A stretch of DNA of 64,000 nt from Spiroplasmataceae bacterium (lineage in GTDB: Bacteria > Bacillota_I > Bacilli_A > Mycoplasmatales > JAYUTB01): contig JAYUTB010000001.1 of assembly GCA_043756005.1 (NCBI GenBank), positions 42,132-106,131 on the forward strand, in the 5' to 3' direction. Each line of letters starts with the position of its first letter. Position 1 is the stretch's first letter. A program made the position numbers and the translations under genes. Under the pieces are notes generated by a model that worked only from the letters and a program-made list of their open reading frames with translations, ran no database searches and had not been told where the DNA came from. This document shows, in pieces, positions 58,075 through 64,000 of this stretch.

Positions 58075-58431
58075 TTATTTTTTAAATAAAGATAAAAAAG
58101 ACTGCAATTCATGATCAGGTAATCAAGGAGACGGTTTTGATTGATATAAAATTTTTGGAAGAACAGGTTCGATGACAACTGGTTGATTTATTATCAAAGG
58201 TTGGGAAGATTGTGTTAGTGAGGGTTGATTATCGAGAATTACTTTGTTCATGATATTGTCCATTACTCTTTGCTCAAGCATGGTTTTTTGTTTAATTTCC
58301 TGTAATGCAGCTTCACTCTTAAATGAAGAAGCTACGGTAGTTGATTTTATATCAACTTGTTGATGAACGTTGCTTTTTAGCTCATTTAATCTTTGCATAT
58401 AAGCTGGAATAAAATTATTTTTTTGATTCAT
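58075..58431 (-). CDS. Hypothetical soluble Q/P-rich protein (118 aa)
   Basis: Track ORF 58123..58431 continues through TGA to TAA at 58077..58075. There is no hydrophobic segment and no recognisable family. Confidence 0.5.
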
Positions 58432-58469
58432 ATTTGTTATTTTAACTTGATTTTATAAAAATGAAAACA

Positions 58470-59015
58470 TTACAATGATAATTGTAATTTATTCATAATA
58501 AATGCGACAATAGTTGGTAAGGATAATTGTAATTGTAATTGTTCTTCATTATTTAATTGCGTTAAAACAAAATCCTTCATAGGTTCATGAACCATATTTT
58601 GAGCACGAATACCTACTTTACAACGTTGAAATGCATCAGAATTTAAACAATCAATAATATTTTGAATACCATTATGCCCGCCGGCAGTACCTTTTATTTT
58701 TCAACGTATTTTTAAAAAATCAAGATACAAATCATCATGAATTATTAAAACATTGTCCAGATTTATTTTAAAATAATGAATAGCTTTGACAACACTTGTG
58801 CCACTTAAATTCATATAAGTTTGTGGTTTTAAAAAAATATAAGTATTAGTAGGAGTAATATATTTAATGATTAAGGCATTAAATTTTAAAGATTTTGTTC
58901 ACGCCATGTGTATTGATGTAGCTAACTTATCTAACACTAATCAACCTATGTTATGACGAGTATGACTATACATTACTCCGGGATTTCCCAAACCAACTAT
59001 TAAATTAAAAACCAT
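58470..59015 (-). CDS. pth: Peptidyl-tRNA hydrolase
   Basis: Checked triplet by triplet (ATG 59015, TAA 58472..58470). Motifs: [25 protein letters not shown] and GTAGGHNGIQN. Absent from the track because of internal TGA codons. Confidence 0.9.
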
Positions 59016-59992
59016 TATTTTTTGATAAACAATAATGGTTTTGTATATCAACCATTCAACGACTCTTTAGTTAATAATGCGGTTAATATTTGAGCTAACA
59101 AAGATGTTAATGACATAATGGTTAATCCATCAAAAATTGGTTGATTAGGAATGCTATTTGTCACAATAACCTGTTTAATAATACCTTGATGTATAGCGTT
59201 AGTTAACCTTGTAACCGCTGGATCAGAAAAAATACCATGAGTAGCTAAAACATAAATGTCTTTAGCTGATTTTTCTTTAAGTTCTTTAGCACAAGCGATA
59301 ATGGTTCCCGCAGTATCAATAATATCATCAAAAATAATCGCGTTTTTTGATGTAACATCACCAATCATATAATTAATTTCACACTGATTAGCAAATTCTC
59401 TTACTTTATTAAAACTAATTAATTCGGTTTTTAAAAAATCACTAAATTGTTTAGCTTTTTTAACACCCCCTTGATCAGGACTTACAATTACATAATCTTT
59501 TATATCAGAATCTTTAATATAATTTGCTAATGCTTCAAAAGCACTTAGATCATCAGTTTGACAATCAAAAAAAGCTTCTCATTGTCAAAAATGATTATCA
59601 AGTACTAAAACATGATTGATACCAGCATTTGATAACATTTGCGCAACCAACTTACTAGTAATCGCTTGTCTTCCGTTAGTGCGCCTGTCTTGTCGACTAT
59701 ATCCTAAATATGGAATAATAACGGTAATCTTTAAAGCACAAGCCCGTTTAATAGCATCAACCATAATTAATAATTCCATTAAATTATCATTAACTGGTGG
59801 AGCAATCGATTTAATAATATAAACTTCTTTATTTCTAACAGTTTCTTTAATGGAAATGTTTATTTCTCCGTCGGCAAATTTATTAATAAATATTTGACCA
59901 AATAAAGCCCCAATTTTTTGACAAATTGATTGAACTAAAGTTTGATTATCTGATCCAGCAAAAATAACAACATCATTAAACTTAATTTTCAT
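59015..59992 (-). CDS. prs: Ribose-phosphate pyrophosphokinase
   Basis: Track ORFs 59585..60004 and 59048..59368 share one frame, with TAA at 59017..59015 overlapping the pth ATG by 1 nt. ATG 59992 is preferred because GAGG lies 6 nt upstream. PRPP-binding motif IIFDDIIDTAGT. Confidence 0.9.
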
Positions 59993-60065
59993 TTTTAACC
60001 TCATAAAAATAATAACATTAATATAATTATAATTAAATCAAAAAAAATATAAAATTAATGTAATT

Positions 60066-62387
60066 ATGCTTCTTTTATACAAAGAACACTTTAATCACGT
60101 TTTTAAAACAATTAAAAATTACATCGGTTTTTTCTTTTTAATTATTTGCACAAGTTTTTTAATGTGTTCAATCTTTAATTATGTTTGAACAATGAGAAGT
60201 GTTTTTGATGAACAAATTTTTAAAAATAGCGGTAAATATGACTTTCAAATTACCCTAAATAAACAAGAAAATGTTACTGAATTAATTAAAAAAAATAAAG
60301 AAACTTATGATTATGTGGTGGTTCCGTTTATTGAATGAACATATATAGAAAAACAAATTCCAAAATTTATAAGAATTGAATCATATAAAGATGATGTTTT
60401 TAAAGATCAGAATACAACATTTAATCAAGTTTATAGTTTTTCATACAACAAAAAAACAGAAGCACTTGAAACAAAAGAATTTAAGAATATAGCGATATCT
60501 TATAAATATGCGCAAAAAAATATGATTGACGGTGAAATTGATTGATTAAAAAAAATAATTAATAAAAACCATTTACATCAAGACCTCATTTGAAAACAAA
60601 AAGATAATTTTTATGGCATTCGTGCAAGTTTTATGACTTCAGAAAATAACAGTAATATTAACCCAGACAATATAACGATTGTTTATTTAACACCAACATT
60701 ATTTCAAACATTGCTAACAACAACATTATCAAATAATTATGTGAAATATGACATGTTTTTTAAAAATAAAATAGGGTCAACAGCAACTAAACCGCAAGGG
60801 TCGCAAGAATTTTTAAAAAGCCCTCGTGGCGGAATATTTTATAATTGAGTAATCATTGAAAAAATCATAATTTTGTCAAATTTTTTAATTATTTTAACAG
60901 TATTGTTGTTTATTTCTTTGTTTTATTTAAAAAAAGAAATAAATGTTATGAAAAAAAAATTTGGAATTCTAAAAGCAATGGGCTTAAGTAATGCTAAAAT
61001 TATTAACATTATAGTGGTAAATTTTTTTATATTTACCATAATCACCGGAATTTTAGGATTTGGATTTAGTTATTGTATTGAAAAGCTATTTTTAAAAAAT
61101 GCTAATTTACAATTATTGTTGCCAATTAAAAAAAACAACTTTCATACAATAAATTTTGCAATCAATTGCATTATTATTCCAATGACGTTGGTTTTTTTTG
61201 CTTACATTATGGCTGTTTTTATAATATCTAATTATAAAACAACTGATCTAATTTATAACAGCAGTAAAATCAAAACTCCACAAATTAATTCATTAATTAC
61301 AAAGACAATTAATCAAATGAATTTTAAAATTAAATTTTTCTTTATTCTTGTTTCACGCTCGTTATGAAAATTATTAATTAGCATGCTATCTTTTTTAATT
61401 ACCGCGTTTTTTATAAGTTTTGTTTTTTTTGGTATTTTAACAATTCAAGCTACTGATGAAAGTTTAAGTAAATTTTTAAAACACAGCGATAATAAATTTG
61501 ATTACATTGTTCACAAATCCTTGAACGATAATAACAATAATAAGGAAGTTAGTTTTAAATTTACAAAAGCTACTGTCAAATGAAATGATATTACAAAAGA
61601 TACAGATTTACTCATTTATGACAAAATTACAGATATTGAAAAAATTTTTAATTATAAAGACAAACAATTAGAAAAACAAATTAGTGACGTTAATAATTTT
61701 AATACTAAAAAAATAATCATTGGTGAAAAAATGAATCAAATCTTTGCTGGATCTAACAAATTAACAATAAACAAATATTATGAAATTGAAGTTGGGCTAA
61801 TTTTAAAAAACAATACCGCCGTAGATTGAATTTTTATGCATAGTGATCATGATTTAATAAAACAACGTATTATTCCAGAGACAAGCAATGCGCGCATATT
61901 ATTTATAAAACAACGTGAATTAAAGCAAGATGAAAAAATAATTAGAATATTAAATCAGCCATCTAATAACCTTTTATTAGATGTTTTTTTAGATATTTTT
62001 AAAATTATTTTGGGAATTACAATATTTTGTGTATTTGTTATTTTATTCATGATGATAAATTTGATTATTGAAGAAAACATGAAATTTATATTAAGCATGA
62101 AAGCATTTGGTTATAATAATCTTGAAATTGTTAAGATGATATTGGTGTTGTATTTTGTAATTTTGTTTAGTGTTTTTTTTGTAAGCTACTTTGTTAGTTA
62201 TGTTGTTTGACACAAATTAATTAAATATATTTTGGTAGAATCAAATTTTTTATTCATTTTAAATTTTGATTGAATGTCAGCAGTGTTAGTATTTTCAATT
62301 TTTAGTATAATGACTATCATTGCTTTTGTTTCATGTTTTTATCACATAAAAAAAATAAGCCTTTTAAAAATCCACCATGTGAATTAA
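60066..62387 (+). CDS. Large ABC-type permease with two FtsX-like domains (773 aa); no adjacent ATPase gene
   Basis: ATG 60066 and track ORFs 60633, 60873, 61383 and 61836 all share one frame. The joins were read and contain only TGA. Two FtsX-like signatures are present (FGILKAMGLSNAKII and ILSMKAFGYNNLEIV), each followed by TM helices. TAA is at 62385..62387. Confidence 0.75.
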
Positions 62388-62815
62388 ATATTATGAACCT
62401 CTATTGTCAAGGTTTATTTTATTGTGTTTCTTTTTAAAACAAATCAAATATCAAAACCTTAATCTTCAACAAACTGTCTTTTAAATCTATCAAAATTTAA
62501 TTTTTAAAACTAAATTAGTATCAAAACAATTGTAACGTTACAAAAACGAGTAATTAAAATTACAAACAATCATTATATTTTCCTTTTATAGAGATAGTTG
62601 TATCAGATTGAATTGATGATCTTTTGATTTTGTTCATTAAAACCTCTATCAATAATTATTATTTATAATCCAACAACTTAACAAATCATTAATCTTTTAC
62701 TTTTGTGTCAATTAAAAACAAAACTAGATTATAATTATAAAATAATAATTGTAGTTATTATTGTTTTTGATTTAAATACAAAAAAACATATTAAACTGTA
62801 ATTATTGTTTTATTT

Positions 62816-62862
62816 TCAACAAACAAATTATTTAGTTAATAATGAAATAATTTGTTTGTTGA
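62816..62862. repeat. Perfect 17-18 bp inverted repeat (hairpin) just upstream of the tRNA cluster
   Basis: CAACAAACAAATTATTT (62817..62833) and AAATAATTTGTTTGTTG (62845..62861) are exact reverse complements with an 11-nt loop. It ends 15 nt before tRNA-Val. Confidence 0.7.
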
Positions 62863-62876
62863 GCTTATATACTTAT

Positions 62877-62953
62877 GGAGCATTATTTCAACTGGTGAGA
62901 AGACTTGCCTTACAAGCAAGAGGTTATAGGTTCAAGTCCTATATGCTCCACCA
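62877..62953 (+). tRNA. tRNA-Val (anticodon TAC)
   Basis: Acceptor stem GGAGCAT/ATGCTCC, anticodon arm CTTGC-CTTACAA-GCAAG, T loop GGTTCAAGTCC, and encoded CCA. Confidence 0.9.
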
Positions 62954-62957
62954 ATTA

Positions 62958-63035
62958 GCTGACTTAGCTCAATTTCGGCAGAGCAACTGACTTGTAATCA
63001 GTAGGTTGTAGGTTCAATTCCTATAGTCAGCACCA
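62958..63035 (+). tRNA. tRNA-Thr (anticodon TGT)
   Basis: Acceptor stem GCTGACT/AGTCAGC, D arm GCTC..GAGC, anticodon arm ACTGA-CTTGTAA-TCAGT, and encoded CCA. Confidence 0.9.
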
Positions 63036-63046
63036 TAGCCTATCAT

Positions 63047-63132
63047 GGAGATGTAGCGAAGTGGCTAAACGCGGCTGGCTGTAAACCAGTTCCCTTACGG
63101 GTTCAGGGGTCCGAATCCCTTTGTCTCCACCA
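63047..63132 (+). tRNA. tRNA-Tyr (anticodon GTA)
   Basis: Anticodon arm CTGG-CTGTAAA-CCAG, a long variable arm (typical of bacterial Tyr), T arm GGGGT-CCGAATC-CCTTT region, and encoded CCA. Confidence 0.88.
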
Positions 63133-63140
63133 TTTTTTAT

Positions 63141-63217
63141 TGGGGCGTAGCCAAGTGGACTAAGGCACCAGGTTTTGATCCTGGCACTCGGTGGTTCAAC
63201 TCCTCCCGCCCCAGCCA
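63141..63217 (+). tRNA. tRNA-Gln (anticodon TTG)
   Basis: It starts TGGGGCG and ends CGCCCCAGCCA (a U1-A72 pair, as in bacterial tRNA-Gln). Anticodon arm CCAGG-TTTTGAT-CCTGG. The T stem appears to contain one mismatch. Confidence 0.85.
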
Positions 63218-63233
63218 AATTATTATATTTCTT

Positions 63234-63309
63234 GCTCCGCTAGCTCAGTTGGTAGAGCAGCTGGCTTTTAACCAGTTGGTCGAAGGTTCAAGCCCCTCGC
63301 GGAGTACCA
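63234..63309 (+). tRNA. tRNA-Lys (anticodon TTT)
   Basis: GCTCCGCTAGCTCAGTTGGTAGAGCAGCTGGCTTTTAACCAGTTGGTCGAAGGTTCAAGCCCCTCGCGGAGTACCA. Confidence 0.92.
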
Positions 63310-63313
63310 AAAA

Positions 63314-63400
63314 GCTTAGATGATGAAATCGGTAGACATGATGGTCTCAAAAACCATTGAATGCAAATTCGTGTCGGTTCAAGTCCGACTCTAAGCACCA
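63314..63400 (+). tRNA. tRNA-Leu (anticodon CAA)
   Basis: Acceptor stem GCTTAGA/TCTAAGC, anticodon arm ATGGT-CTCAAAA-ACCAT, long variable arm, and encoded CCA. Confidence 0.9.
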
Positions 63401-63407
63401 ATGATAT

Positions 63408-63495
63408 GCCTAGGTGGTGAAATGGTAGACACAGTGGACTTAAGATCCACCGAATTTTAAAGTTCGTGCTGGTTCAAATCCGGTTCTAGGCACCA
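63408..63495 (+). tRNA. tRNA-Leu (anticodon TAA)
   Basis: Anticodon arm GTGGA-CTTAAGA-TCCAC, long variable arm, T arm GCTGG-TTCAAAT-CCGGT, and encoded CCA. Confidence 0.9.
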
Positions 63496-63501
63496 ATAAT
63501 T

Positions 63502-63575
63502 GCGGGTGTAATTTAATGGTAGAATGCCAGTCTTCCAAACTGACCGTGAGGGTCCGATTCCCTTCATCCGCTCCA
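63502..63575 (+). tRNA. tRNA-Gly (anticodon TCC)
   Basis: GCGGGTGTAATTTAATGGTAGAATGCCAGTCTTCCAAACTGACCGTGAGGGTCCGATTCCCTTCATCCGCTCCA. Confidence 0.9.
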
Positions 63576-63778
63576 AAAAAACACACTAGATTAACATTAA
63601 TTAAAGTAATAAAAATTTTTTAATAAAAAAATAAATAATGATTTTTGTTGTTTTATGTAAAGTTTATTTTTAAAAATAATTAATTTATATGAAAATTACC
63701 TTATATTTAATAATAAGTAACTTAATATCTAACGTAAAGTGATGTTTTTTACTATAAATTAAAAGAAGGTACAAAAAA

Positions 63779-64000
63779 ATTTTTAAAAAAGTTTATTTTA
63801 TTAAAAGCGGCACGACTGAAACAAATTGAATCCAAGATAACGTTAATGAAATTTGTGTTTTAGGGAGAAGTAATGTTGGAAAATCAACTTTTTTAAATAA
63901 ATTAATGAATCAATCGCTTTGTAATGTTTCTAAAAAACCTGGAAGAACAAAAACGATTAATTTTTTTCAATGCGACAACATTAGATTAGTTGATTTGCCT
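63779..64000 (+). CDS. engB: Ribosome biogenesis GTPase EngB/YsxC (5' part; runs off the right edge; start uncertain)
   Basis: The frame reads ...[62 protein letters not shown]...LVDLP (G1 and G2/G3 motifs). It is open from 63758 with no ATG. ATT 63779, 9 nt after AGAAGG, is provisional. Confidence 0.75.

Noticed and set aside
62388-62876. Possible oriC in the long non-coding region, given that dnaA lacks flanking intergenic DNA.
   Set aside because: I found no TTATCCACA-like 9-mers, even allowing 1 or 2 mismatches, when reading by eye, and neither dnaA nor dnaN is adjacent. I cannot support an origin call without a GC-skew and box scan.
62805-63218. Track ORFs 62805..62990 (+) and 63027..63218 (-).
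   Set aside because: Both run through the GC-richer tRNA genes (Val, Thr, Tyr, Gln). Their sequences are tRNA-derived, not coding.

Overview
This strongly AT-rich chromosomal segment uses UGA as Trp (translation table 4, Mollicutes/Mycoplasma-like). The standard-code ORF track breaks almost every conserved gene only at TGA. Re-joining same-frame fragments gives about 60 intact, tightly packed CDS and 11 tRNAs: Ile; Asn-Leu; and an 8-gene cluster Val-Thr-Tyr-Gln-Lys-Leu-Leu-Gly. I saw no rRNA, CRISPR array, transposase, integrase or phage genes. Most content is housekeeping: glycolysis and pentose-phosphate genes (gap, pgk, gpmI, pfkA, tkt, rpe), PTS (ptsH, ptsI), translation (tuf, rpsI, rplM, smpB, def, pth, mnmG, tsaC, rsmD, ychF, engB), replication and repair (dnaA, dnaE, recU, nfo), NAD (nadD, nadE), nucleotides (gmk, prs), an ECF energising module (ecfA1-ecfA2-ecfT), a pot ABC importer, Ktr K+ uptake, two lgt paralogues, trxB and trxA. 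Items worth a second look: (1) a class II (B12-type) ribonucleotide reductase; (2) an overlap-coupled purF-purM-thiI operon and an orphan pyrD-like gene in an otherwise salvage-type gene set; (3) in-frame HAD-phosphatase::PotA and PotC::PotD fusions; (4) dnaA wedged between lgt and ecfA1 with almost no flanking non-coding DNA and no dnaN; (5) a 753-aa doubly anchored repeat-rich surface protein next to a flippase-like membrane protein; (6) tandem paralogous membrane proteins; (7) an orphan double-FtsX permease; (8) several long perfect palindromes at promoter or start-codon positions; (9) four genes that appear to need non-ATG starts; and (10) a DJ-1 homologue with Ser in place of the nucleophile Cys. 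All coordinates come from manual translation with TGA=Trp, so start codons in particular are provisional. No database search was possible.
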